From Amphiscolops sp. MND2022 (lineage: Eukaryota): a stretch of DNA of 64,000 nucleotides. Below the pieces are notes generated by a model that was not told the DNA's origin, did no database searches, and saw only the letters and a program-made list of their open reading frames with translations. This document shows, piece by piece, positions 40,414 through 51,139 of the stretch. Within the stretch, counting starts at the first letter, position 1, and each line of letters opens with the position of its first letter. The DNA is taken from positions 64,668,001-64,732,000 of the forward strand of contig OZ076409.1 of NCBI GenBank assembly GCA_964187785.1, in the 5' to 3' direction. Made by a program: the position numbers and the translations under genes.

Positions 40414-40877
40414 TTCCCGCCGAACGGCCTGAGCTCAACTTAACCAGCTCTCTTCCCTCTTCCCTTCTCTTCCTTCACTTCACTTCTCTTCGCTTATTTT
40501 TACTCTTTTCCCCCCTTCACTCCCATTTCCCACTTTCTCTTATTTTCCCTCACTTCCCTCTTCTTACGCTTACCTTAGACTTAAAAAAGTCTATCTCCCT
40601 CTTTGGCTCTTACTTCAGCCAAATCCCCCTTGCTCACAATTCATTCTCTTCCCCTTATCTTCAGCAAATCCTATCTTTGCAAATTTTCAATCTCCTTCCC
40701 AAAAATTTTCTATCTTAGAAAATTTTCCCCAACACTCCTCGGTCTTCGGTTTGGTGAGTCGAAAATATCTTAGATTCTTTTCTCAGTGGAGAGATTTCTC
40801 TCTCCCTTTTTCTAAACCTTTTCTAACTTAGAACAAATTTTCCCGGATACCATTCCGCGGTTTTAACCAGTTCTAAC

Positions 40878-41318
40878 TTAGATTTTTCTCCGCTGATTTC
40901 ACTCTGCGGGTCTAACTGATTTTATCTTAGCATATTTTCCGCTGATTTTACTCCGCGGTTCTACTTAGATTTTTCTCCGCTGATTTCACTCTACGATTCT
41001 AACTGATTTCATCTTAACATATTTCCCGCTGATTTTACTCCGCGGTTCTAACTAAGATTTTTCTCCGCTGATTTCACTCTGCGGTTCTAACTGATTTTAT
41101 CTTAGCATATTTTCCGCTGATTTTACTCCGCGGTTCTAACTTAGATTTTTCTACGCTGATTTCACTCTGCGGTTCTAACTGATTTTATCTTAGCATATTT
41201 TCCGCTGATTTTACTCCGCGGTTCTAACTTAGATTTTTCTCCGCTGATTTCACTCTGCGGTTCTAACTGATTTTACCTTAGCATATTTTCCGCTGATTTT
41301 ACTCCGCGGTTCTAACTT
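40878..41318 (+). repeat. 88-bp tandem repeat, 5 copies (dimer of 39/49-nt subunits), inside the LTR; also at about 45779-46219
   Basis: TTAGATTTTTCTCCGCTGATTTCACTCTGCGGTTCTAAC alternates with TGATTTTATCTTAGCATATTTTCCGCTGATTTTACTCCGCGGTTCTAAC. Confidence 0.95.
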
Positions 41319-42012
41319 TGAATATTTCCTGCTGATTTATGCAGTAAATTTACAAAATAGAATTATCAAGATTTAGCCCTAACCTACGAAATATATGACA
41401 TATATTTATTTCTTTGAAAAGTCTTAAAGCTATTTCTGATCAAAAGAAATAGAGACTCAAAACTATAAAAGTGCTGTTTAAACTAATACAGCTTGTAAAC
41501 TTATTGCTCAATGAATTAGTTTCCTAAAAATAAAGGAAATTTCGATGATTATTTTAATCTTTGCTCCGGATTGTAACAGTAAAAATATTACTTTGGTTGA
41601 AGATAAATTGAATAGTTGAAGCGACTGGAAATTATAAACTTGGGAACTGATACTGCTATGCCTAGTAAATCATAATATGTACTAACACCCATTCCCTTTA
41701 CACAATTCAACGCTTTTGCTAAATTTGTTTTCCCTTCCCAGATAGCTCATTTACGTACACAGCCTTGCACTTACTCACGCAACTTCCTTTGTCCGCACGT
41801 ACACGCAAGGCATTCCTTTTCAATACTACACTGAGTAAGCTATTGAGACTTCCTTTCTCATTTCTAATCTATAAAGGAATGGTCGCCTGAGAATACTTTG
41901 CAAAAAGCAACAGAAGTTTAACTGACTAATACTGATAACAATTGAACTGTCCCTTGAAAGGAGTAAACAGGAAATAGAAAATAGTAAGATTTTATTCATG
42001 CGTGCGACAAAC

Positions 42013-42030
42013 TGGTGCGACCAGTGAGGC
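42013..42030 (+). promoter_or_regulatory. Primer-binding site (TGGTGCGACCAGTGAGG), tRNA uncertain, possibly Leu
   Basis: TGG 3 nt after the LTR end. Confidence 0.75.
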
Positions 42031-42391
42031 AGTTTCTTCAGTAAATGAGCAATCAGTTGGAATCCCTACTCGTTGAAGTTAGGGTTAACTACTCACTCAC
42101 TCTGATTTCAATCTCTACTTTGTTTCTTTGTTTGCCACAATATGTTACAACGTTACCAGGGAAAACGCACATTTCCGAGGTACTCATCAGCAATAGAGCA
42201 CGAAGCCCTCACCGCACAGACTCAGGTATCACCTCACCGGAAAACCAGCAGTTTCTGACGCCCACCTCTCCTGGTCAACCGTCAACCTCCCAACCACCTG
42301 GCATTGAGACACTACTTCAAACCAAAATACAACCACTTGCTATACAAAAATAGCTCCCCTGAACAATTTTCCCAAAGACCCAACTCTGAAG

Positions 42392-42940
42392 ATGTCAACA
42401 ACGTCAAACACTCTCATACTCCATGACGACCCCCAAATAACTCTATCACCTCCAATACTTACAAAGGTGTCTACAAGAGGTGGAATGGTACTTATCAAAC
42501 TGGACCAAATCGCCGTTACACATCTGAGAACAGCCGGGCTGCCACACCCGTTTCACAGAAGCTATTACCACTGGGCTACCACAGGACCCCTTGATTTGCA
42601 ACCTCTCGAATTGCCACCCCTCATAGCAACAGTCAAAATTTATTGGAATGGATGTTCCAAACAAGAAACTAATAAATTTGTATCTGTTTTCGTTGCAATC
42701 CGAGACCCTGACCACAAACCTCTCTCCACCCCCCTCATTGTACGGCTATTTTACAAAAACTTCAAGAACAAAAACGGACAGTCACTGCACCGAAGCTTCA
42801 AATTAACGCCTTCTGGAAATAGCATCGAAGGTGGAATCAAAGACTTCCTGCCCCTCACTATTTTCAACGCTACTCTAGCTAAAGACAATATCGTCTCTTT
42901 CGGCATTCTTATCAAACGCTTCTCACCCCCAGCTCCATAA
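42392..42940 (+). CDS. Stand-alone MATH/TRAF-domain-like protein, 182 aa
   Basis: GMVLIKLDQI, VKIYWNG...KFVSVFVAI and GIKDFLPL...LAKDNIVSFGILI follow the MATH motif order (FxWKI; LxIYPNG...LSVFL; GxxxFIxLxxL...L.DDxLxI). ATG to TAA intact. Confidence 0.72.
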   Translation: MSTTSNTLILHDDPQITLSPPILTKVSTRGGMVLIKLDQIAVTHLRTAGLPHPFHRSYYHWATTGPLDLQPLELPPLIATVKIYWNGCSKQETNKFVSVFVAIRDPDHKPLSTPLIVRLFYKNFKNKNGQSLHRSFKLTPSGNSIEGGIKDFLPLTIFNATLAKDNIVSFGILIKRFSPPAP

Positions 42941-43356
42941 GATACATTTCTACCCTCAGTAGTCTTTGGTACTTTCTCGGACCCTTTCTTCTGGGCAATC
43001 CTCTGATAGCAAAATTTTAAGCAGACAACCTGGACCCACCGGTCTTCCTAGAATACTTAGACTTAGTTTACTATATAGACAACAAAGAAAGACAATTCTT
43101 GTAATTCTCTCCATTGTCTAAAAAAAAAGGCTGCAATAATTCATGTAGAAATCCACAGCTTCGGGCTACACCAACCAGAACTTTGGGTTATCCTCGGTCA
43201 ACACGACCTCAGTTAGCACTTTTCCTTCTCAACAAACTAATCGACTTCATTGATTCGAGAAGAAGAAACAAACTCTCTCCCAGTCTACAATCAATCAGCG
43301 ACAGTTACAGTTGAACCTTCACAAATAGTTGAAGTTAGTTTCTTTCACATTTCCAT

Positions 43357-43635
43357 TTAGGCACTTTTTAACAGTAGTGAGGTTACTACTATAAAATTTT
43401 AACCTCCGCTTAGTGTTAGTGCCCACTAAGCTGTCGGTTTGATATTACGACTTGCCTTTTTACGGCCTTATTACGGATCCACAATCTTGAACAAAACAAA
43501 GAAACAACTAGACTTATATACCTCTTAGGCACGTTTGAACAGTAGTGAGGTTACTACTATAAAATTTTAACCTCCGCTTAGTGTTGTGCCAGCTAAGCTG
43601 CCGGTTTGATATTACGGCTTGCCTTTTTACGGTCT
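43357..43635 (+). ncRNA. Duplicated structured RNA motif of about 111 nt (43357-43468, 43525-43635)
   Basis: Three hairpins and two loop-distal complementarities in both copies; compensatory change GTCG/CGAC to GCCG/CGGC. Confidence 0.6.
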
Positions 43636-43943
43636 CTACTAAAAACTTAGGAACACTTACGCAATTGATTGCAAAAAGACTGAAGATTTTCTAAAATGAA
43701 ATTATTACTCATTTTATTTTTTGCGCCAAATTACGCGCCCGTTGTGATATCACAACGTCCAACCCCAAACCTCGCTAGCGTTGTTAAAAATCTGCGAGTT
43801 ACTCAGTTCCTCTGCTAAGAGATGACCCAAAATAAACTCTACGAGATGAATCAAGTCACCCGAAATAGTGGGTAAAGGCAGACTTGCCGGATACTTGCTC
43901 ACGGGGCACGAACTAAGTCCCCAAACACTGATGGAAGCCTTGC

Positions 43944-44912
43944 TTGGCTTCAACACTGTCTGAAACCCGTCTCACTCCTTCACACAATGAATTAATGATG
44001 CGAACGCATCCCTATCTTCTACAAAAAAGTAGTTGCTTTCGTGAACCCATTGAACAGCAAAACCTATCGTTATACGAACGTGCAAACTTCACTGAATTGC
44101 GCCAAGAACCTCTTCCAAGGAAAAACTTGAAAGACAAAGATTCCTGGTTTACACTTATACTGTCACCCGAAAATTGGGACCTACCAGCTTTCTTCGGAAC
44201 AAAAGACATCCAGCCAATGATTACCAGGTCCTCCCCTGGATCACAATATACAAGAATGTACACCCCAAACAACTATCTGATATTTGGTCCAGCATCCTCA
44301 TTAGCGCAGCATCAATGAATGCCCTTCAGAAGTTTTCCAGCGAACTCAGTGTACCCTCCATGGCTCACATCAAAAAAAAAAAGATCAAAATGGAAGATGA
44401 AAATGAGCGAGTAGAACTCTAAGAAAAATCAAACTGCCCATCCGTGTAGAGATTTGTTACTCCAATCTAAACAATCTAAACAATGTTTCACTTTTACTAA
44501 TTGCAACCTATTATTCTACATACCAAACCTGGACGACGACACCCTTGATCCAATCTTAGAAGACTATCTACACTTTGATGAACAACTACGAATCTACCCA
44601 AACAACTTCACCCTCCCTCGAGCATGGCCTTTCGACCGACAAGTGGAAATCTCCATCATAGATCAAAAGGACAGAAACAATAAGTGGTCTACCTACTTCC
44701 CAAACAACTCTGACAAGACCTACCTAGATGACACCAACATCAGCGCTTACACCCTTCCTCACCTCACGCGAGAAGATTTCATCCCCCAAACAAAACTTTT
44801 GGTCAACTTCAGAGAAGCCTTCTTAAACAACGACTCTATAACCCTCCAAATTAAATTTAACGAAGCCCCCTTCACAATCCCAAGTGCTAAAGAAAGCCCC
44901 CCTCATTTCTGA
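43944..44912 (+). pseudogene. Second cargo gene, apparently frameshifted, with a C-terminal TRAF-type MATH domain (44454-44912 open)
   Basis: AWPFDRQVEISIIDQ resembles TRAF LxWPFxxKVTLxLLDQ; DFIPQTKL...AFLNNDSITLQIKF resembles the MATH C-terminus; the expected upstream strands (IRVEICY...VSLLLI) lie in another frame at about 44440-44505. Confidence 0.65.
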
Positions 44913-44948
44913 CCCACTCCTCCTACCCCATCCTCTTTTCTCCCTGCC

Positions 44949-44960
44949 AGGGGGGTGAGC
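44949..44960 (+). promoter_or_regulatory. Polypurine tract (AGGGGGGTGAGC)
   Basis: Immediately precedes the TGT of the 3' LTR. Confidence 0.8.
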
Positions 44961-46910
44961 TGTCGCGCTATGACTAACGCTCTAACAAACGGTGCTGTTT
45001 ATATTAAAATGACACAGGCATAAAAGAAACAGGAAATGGAACTAACGTTGTGTGGGAGCGAAGAAGTGAAGGGAATAAAATGGTAATGGCGGCGGCCATA
45101 ACGCGGCGGCCGCGAAGAGAAATAGAATAATAAGGAAGTACTACGCGAGAGGAATTGCACAAGTGAAAAGTTCTATTGTTTACCGCGTAGATTTAAAATT
45201 TTACTGAAACCGTCATTGGCTGTCCGCAAGTCATGCCGGTCTAGGCCCTCCAGCGGAAAGTGCGGAAAGTGCGGAACGGTTTTTATACCGCGCGCACAGG
45301 CTGGAGCTTCATTCTTCCCGCCGAACGGCCTGAGCTCAACTTAACCAGCTCTATTCCCTCTTCCCTTCTCTTCCTTCACTTCACTTCTCTTCGCTTATTT
45401 TTACTCTTTTCCCCCCTTCACTCCCATTTCCCACTTTCTCTTATTTTCCCTCACTTCCCTCTTCTTACGCTTACCTTAGACTTAAAAAAGTCTATCTCCC
45501 TCTTTGGCTCTTACTTCAGCCAAATCCCCCTTGCTCACAATTCATTCTCTTCCCCTTATCTTCAGCAAATCCTATCTTTGCAAATTTTCAATCTCCTTCC
45601 CAAAAATTTTCTATCTTAGAAAATTTTCCCCAACACTCCTCGGTCTTCTGTTTGGTGAGTCGAAAATATCTTAGATTCTTTTCTCAGTGGAGAGATTTCT
45701 CTCTCCCTTTTTCTAAACCTTTTCTAACTTAGAACAAATTTTCCCGGATACCATTCAGCGGTTTTAACCAGTTCTAACTTAGATTTTTCTCCGCTGATTT
45801 CACTCTGCGGGTCTAACTGATTTTATCTTAGCATATTTTCGGCTGATTTTACTCCGCGGTTCTACTTAGATTTTTCTCCGCTGATTTCACTCTACGATTC
45901 TAACTGATTTCATCTTAACATATTTCCCGCTGATTTTACTCCGCGGTTCTAACTAAGATTTTTCTCCGCTGATTTCACTCTGCGGTTCTAACTGATTTTA
46001 TCTTAGCATATTTTCCGCTGATTTTACTCCGCGGTTCTAACTTAGATTTTTCTACGCTGATTTCACTCTGCGGTTCTAACTGATTTTATCTTAGCATATT
46101 TTCCGCTGATTTTACTCCGCGGTTCTAACTTAGATTTTTCTCCGCTGATTTCACTCTGCGGTTCTAACTGATTTTACCTTAGCATATTTTCCGCTGATTT
46201 TACTCCGCGGTTCTAACTTTGAATATTTCCTGCTGATTTATGCAGTAAATTTACAAAATAGAATTATCAAGATTTAGCCCTAACCTACGAAATATATGAC
46301 ATATATTTATTTCTTTGAAAAGTCTTAAAGCTATTTCTGATCAAAAGAAATAGAGACTCAAAACTATAAAAGTGCTGTTTAAACTAATACAGCTTGTAAA
46401 CTTATTGCTCAATGAATTAGTTTCCTAAAAATAAAGGAAATTTCGATGATTATTTTAATCTTTGCTCCGGATTGTAACAGTAAAAATATTACTTTGGTTG
46501 AAGATAAATTGAATAGTTGAAGCGACTGGAAATTATAAACTTGGGAACTGATACTGCTATGCCTAGTAAATCATAATATGTACTAACACCCATTCCCTTT
46601 ACACAATTCAACGCTTTTGCTAAATTTGTTTTCCCTTCCCAGATAGCTCATTTACGTACACAGCCTTGCACTTACTCACGCAACTTCCTTTGTCCGCACG
46701 TACACGCAAGGCATTCCTTTTCAATACTACACTGAGTAAGCTATTGAGACTTCCTTTCTCATTTCTAATCTATAAAGGAATGGTCGCCTGAGAATACTTT
46801 GCAAAAAGCAACAGAAGTTTAACTGACTAATACTGATAACAATTGAACTGTCCCTTGAAAGGAGTAAACAGGAAATAGAAAATAGTAAGATTTTATTCAT
46901 GCGTGCGACA
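44961..46910 (+). repeat. 3' LTR, 1950 bp
   Basis: Direct repeat of 40060-42009. Confidence 0.97.
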
Positions 46911-48074
46911 GTAGAATGTCCCATTCGTGACCATAAAGGGAACGGTAAAATAGAACGACTAATTAGAACAATCAACGAACAATTAAAAGCAAAAAAGAAC
47001 GTAATTATCAAAGTAAATAAAAGGACGCAACTGGGCTGTGTGAAATACTATTCCAGCTGAGAATGAATCTATCAGCCAATAAGAAATCACCTAATGAAAG
47101 ATACACCGGAAAGGAACCAAATACGATAAAAAGACTGGTAACTAATCACCCTCGGTTTATTTTAGAACACCCAGAATTCAGCATCACTGAATAAGACTTT
47201 GAACCCGAACAGGACTCAACAATTTTTGGCCGCGAACGAACGAAAGGCTCAAAGCTCGAGGGAACATACAAAAAGATAAAGTCAGTACTGCTCGAACAAA
47301 ACAACTACACAATAACTCGCTTGCCAGCAGGAAGATCATAAACGACCGTAATCTCGAAAAAAAAGTGGGACAATAAATACACCATGTTGTTCAAAACGGC
47401 GACAATCGCAAAAGATGCCAAAAACCAACAAAATGGCAGAACACGAAGAAACGGCAACAAGCGAGGATGAGTCAAAAACAACGACAACATCAACCACACT
47501 GAGCAAACAAAATCAAAGGGACTCAACAACTCAAACAGAAATGACGGTAATAAACGAAAACGCGAAAAAGAAGCAAACAAAGGCATTGACTACTTTGAAA
47601 CAAAAAATCCGAAAAAGACAACAGACAGAACGTCACAAAAAGACAAAGCAACTACAAAACCAATGGATTGAACAAAATACGATTCAATCAATGTCAGAAA
47701 ACGACGAGAATGAAGAAGCTAACCAAAACCCAGAAAACCCAGGGAGTGAGAGAGAGAGAGACAAGAGAGACAAGAGATCGAAAATCAACAAGCTGGAAAC
47801 AACCAGCAGGTAGACCGAGAACAAAAACACGCCAATACTCAGAGAAGAAACCCAACTTGGCCGAAATCGAACGTTGCCGCGACCAAAAAACCGAAGCAAA
47901 CCCAACTTCTTTGCCCTAAAACGCTGGATCACCTGAGCACTAAAAACCTTAGTGCATTTAAGCACTGAAACATTAAAATTTGAGTTGCTACATTTATATT
48001 ACTTACCATTCGCCTTCACATACAGAGTACTGTAAATACGTAGACCCGAGTTCTTTTCCATAAATTGTGGGAGA

Positions 48075-48260
48075 TGTGGCAGAGCGAATGCCGCCAGAAT
48101 TATGTAACCCTTTAACGAAATGCTAGAACTAAGAGGATGTGTACTAACACTACCGTACTCGAAAAAGATTACAAAAGAATCATTGCCACATGGTCTAAAT
48201 TCAAAGTACAGTTACTCCAAATACTATTAGTTTTATCTGAGAATCGAGTTAGCTGTAACA
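48075..48260 (+). repeat. 3' LTR family B (186 bp)
   Basis: Aligns with 37435-37621; followed by ATCCT. Confidence 0.9.
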
Positions 48261-49589
48261 ATCCTTAGTATGTGTTTTTAATAAGATGAGAAAGACGTTT
48301 TTACTTGTGGATGCCGGAATGTTGGTGGGAAGACAGAGTGAAAAGAACCTTTATGCCTTGCTTCCAAGCGTGAGTCAGCGTTTCTGCAAAGCTGCCTTTA
48401 TGTATAATTTCCTTCTCCACTATCTTCAACGCCTCCATTTTAAACTGTTCACTGGATAAAACAGCTCAAATAAACAATTATCCAAATACCTTGTTTTTGA
48501 AAAATGCCAGTGAAGCTTCATATATCAAACTATATCATTTTCAAATCATTGAATGACCAGTTTCTATGAATATTTGGAATTATTATTTTCCACCCACATT
48601 TGCATATGGTAAAGAAAAATTACTAACTTTGCCGTTAACTCTACATTCCACAGAATTAAAACACACATTTTTGGCTACTTAGCATACTTTTTTAATGAGA
48701 AATAATTGCATTTAGTGTGAACAAAGCCTGAACGAACCAAAAAAGCCAAAAATACAATTTTCGAACGCTTTTCGTCCACACTTATGCACAACCTTGGGAT
48801 CTTTCCATGGGTATGAACGGAAGTCAGATCGAAATGTCTGGAAAGCAAATTTATTAGCTACTAATTAACTTTTAAAACTTGAAATTATGTTTTTTTTTCA
48901 AAAATAGTCTGGAAAGGACAAATTTCCTGTTTTCATAATGAAGTAATTAAAACGTCAGCCCTGTGTTGGTACGGTATCATGTTTGAACCTCACTCAACTC
49001 GGGATTGAGCTTAAAATTTGAGTCTCGGCATTAACAAAAACCATCTACTTTCCTTTAGGATGTGATATTAATGTGTCTTATAGATCTATTTCTCTAGTAA
49101 CAACAGGACATACAGATCGGCGCAGTTCCATGGCTTCTGAAACCCTGATCGTTCTTGATGTTGGTAATCTCGTTTGACGTTTCGTTTTGTTCAGAATTAA
49201 GATTCACAGCAGAATCAATTCGTTTCTCCTTAAACTCTTGTACTACATTTTCAACTCGGCTAGTTATCCCTTGAAATTCTCTAGGTTCAGATTTGGAAAT
49301 CTGTGCAAATTACAGAGGAATGTGGTTAAATGTGCTTAAAAGTTCGTTTCTTTCAGACTACTTGCGAATCTAAATTTCTCTACAGAATAACACTTTTGGC
49401 GTCAGTGGGTATTTCAAGTGTTGTTCATTTAAAAAGTTTCCCTCTCCAACACAACTGATTTTATTGGTTGGGTTGGGATAGTCATGTAACAGGTCACCAT
49501 AATGTGATGAAAAATCGAACTTTATTATGTTTATCATATTGATGAAATCTTTGAATTTAAAATTCCGCATATGTTTGTAAAAAGAACTT

Positions 49590-50345
49590 CACATGACTTT
49601 AAAAGTCAAGGGTCGAAGCAATGTACAAAACGCACTAGTAGAACTCTTCAACCGCCTCGAGAAGTTTGAACTACGCATTAACTTCAACAAATGCCAATGC
49701 AGAAACCGAGAAATAGACTTTTCAGGATACAGCATCACCTCGGTAGGAATCGAACCACAGACAGTAAGGACCAAGACCCTCGCTGAACTACCAGAATCAT
49801 TAGATTACAAAGAACTTCGACGTTATATGGCAATGATCGCATTTTATCGACAACATATCCCACGCTACGCACATCCTTGAACCGCAACGAAAACTACTCA
49901 ACGAAACCCAGCCGTAACAATCGTACCGCTGAAAGAAGAATTACCAAAAACAACCAGTACCAACATCTTTCATCATGTTAGAAGAACATCGCAAAGCTTC
50001 TGCCACTTGGAAAACCGCACTCTCTAGTGTAACACTTCTTCATCGCCTCACAGGAAACTCAAAACTCTCTCATACAAATGCATGTGATAGAACCATGCGA
50101 ACCCTGTTACACGAGAAAAGAGACAATAGTTGCTACACTATTGCGTTTCTCTCGTCGACTCACTGCTGTAGAAAAAATTACAGGACATTTGATAAGGAAC
50201 TAAGGAACTCCGCTCTAACTTCGCAGAGACAAAAAAGTTGAAACACCTCAATGAAGTACGCCATAATGTCATTTTCAAGGACCACAAAGCAATCACGATT
50301 CCATTTCAACGAAGCCAGAACAACTCCAAGAATCCTCGACAGAGT
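49590..50345 (+). pseudogene. Decayed Gypsy RT-thumb/RNase H fragment (another family)
   Basis: LRINFNKCQ...IDFSGYSITSVGIEP, ELRRYMAMIAFYRQHIP, TNACD, IAFLS, NYRTFDKEL. Confidence 0.8.
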
Positions 50346-50615
50346 CATTCAAGGAGCAACTGAGAATAGGAGATGATCAAGCAAATTACTCCTGAACTTC
50401 CTGGTTTATTTGCTTTTTTTAGCTGGTTGTTCTGATAAATCTTTTTTCTCTTGAGCGGTTGTTTTCTGATTTAGTTAATAGTGAAATATTTTTAACGACT
50501 AATGAAACTGGTTTCTGTATCAAGCATAATATAATTTCTTTCGTTATCGACTGTATGCAGAAATGAGCACAGTTCCATTTTCTGCGTGATACAGAAACAA
50601 GTTTCATTAATTGGT

Positions 50616-51139
50616 AACAAGACGGGTACGTCTAAAGTCGGCGCTATATCTAAGGCTCAAAAAGCGCGAAACATTTTTAAAAAAAACTTGAAATTTTTGA
50701 ATTTTTTTCGCATAGTGTCAAAAAATGTAAAAGGGGAGTCGCATTATTGTCGCATAGTGTCAAAAAATGTAAAAGGGGAGACCCTTTGGGCTTTTTTAAC
50801 ATATATTCAGTTGCAAAATATCAAAAAACTTGAAAAGGGGACTCTTTTGTGACATTAAAAAATATTCGAAAAAAGTCGCACAAAGCCGAAAAAATCGAAT
50901 GGGGGGACCCTTTAGTCTCCTCCGGTTTTGCAGGTTACGTTAGAAAAAGTAAAAAATGAAAAGGGAGACCCTTTTGCACTGCTTTCCGCTGACCGGACTT
51001 GGCCTTAGTAGTTTTAGAAGTTTCTATTGTAAGAAAAGTGTACCAATCAGAGTGAGATTGTAGTCTGACGAAAAAAAAAGAAAAAAAACTAGCCACTGTA
51101 ATAGTCGGGCTCTTTTCACTAAAAAGCGCCAAATAAAAA
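50616..51139 (-). mobile_element. Helentron/DINE-1-like non-autonomous element (HINE-like)
   Basis: Both ends are reverse complements of the ends of 51929-58445 (52-bp end with 1 mismatch); internal 30-bp direct repeat at about 50708-50780. Confidence 0.72.

Larger units (their letters stand above)
40060..42009 (+). repeat. 5' LTR, 1950 bp
   Basis: Direct repeat of 44961-46910. Confidence 0.97.
40060..46910 (+). mobile_element. Young non-autonomous LTR element (LARD-like) carrying MATH/TRAF-like cargo
   Basis: Two 1950-bp LTRs with about 4 differences seen; TGTCGCGC...GTGCGACA termini; GTAG TSD (40056-40059, 46911-46914); PBS at 42013; PPT at 44949-44960; no gag/pol motifs in the 2951-bp interior. 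Confidence 0.95.
37435..48260 (+). mobile_element. Decayed Gypsy family B lacking RT/RNase H; host of the nested 6.85-kb element
   Basis: LTRs 37435-37621 and 48075-48260 (TGTGG...AACA); TSD ATCTT/ATCCT; PBS TGGCGCTGCGAG at 37622; gag (EEWWKLF), protease (MTDSRSP), integrase Zn finger (LHYGLPG...CQQC) and core (GNGKIER after 46911). Confidence 0.9.

Noticed and set aside
40359..40718. 119-aa hydrophobic ORF in both long LTRs
   Set aside because: GTG start upstream of the predicted TSS; the Leu/Ser/Phe content comes from a CT-rich tract.
40878..41318. CRISPR-like regular repeats
   Set aside because: No unique spacers and no cas genes; eukaryotic context; it is an LTR-internal tandem repeat.
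42045..42353. 102-aa ORF after the PBS as a gag or env remnant
   Set aside because: No capsid, knuckle or fusion motifs; it has one hydrophobic stretch and a Ser/Pro/Thr-rich tail, so it cannot be called, though a small peptide is not excluded.
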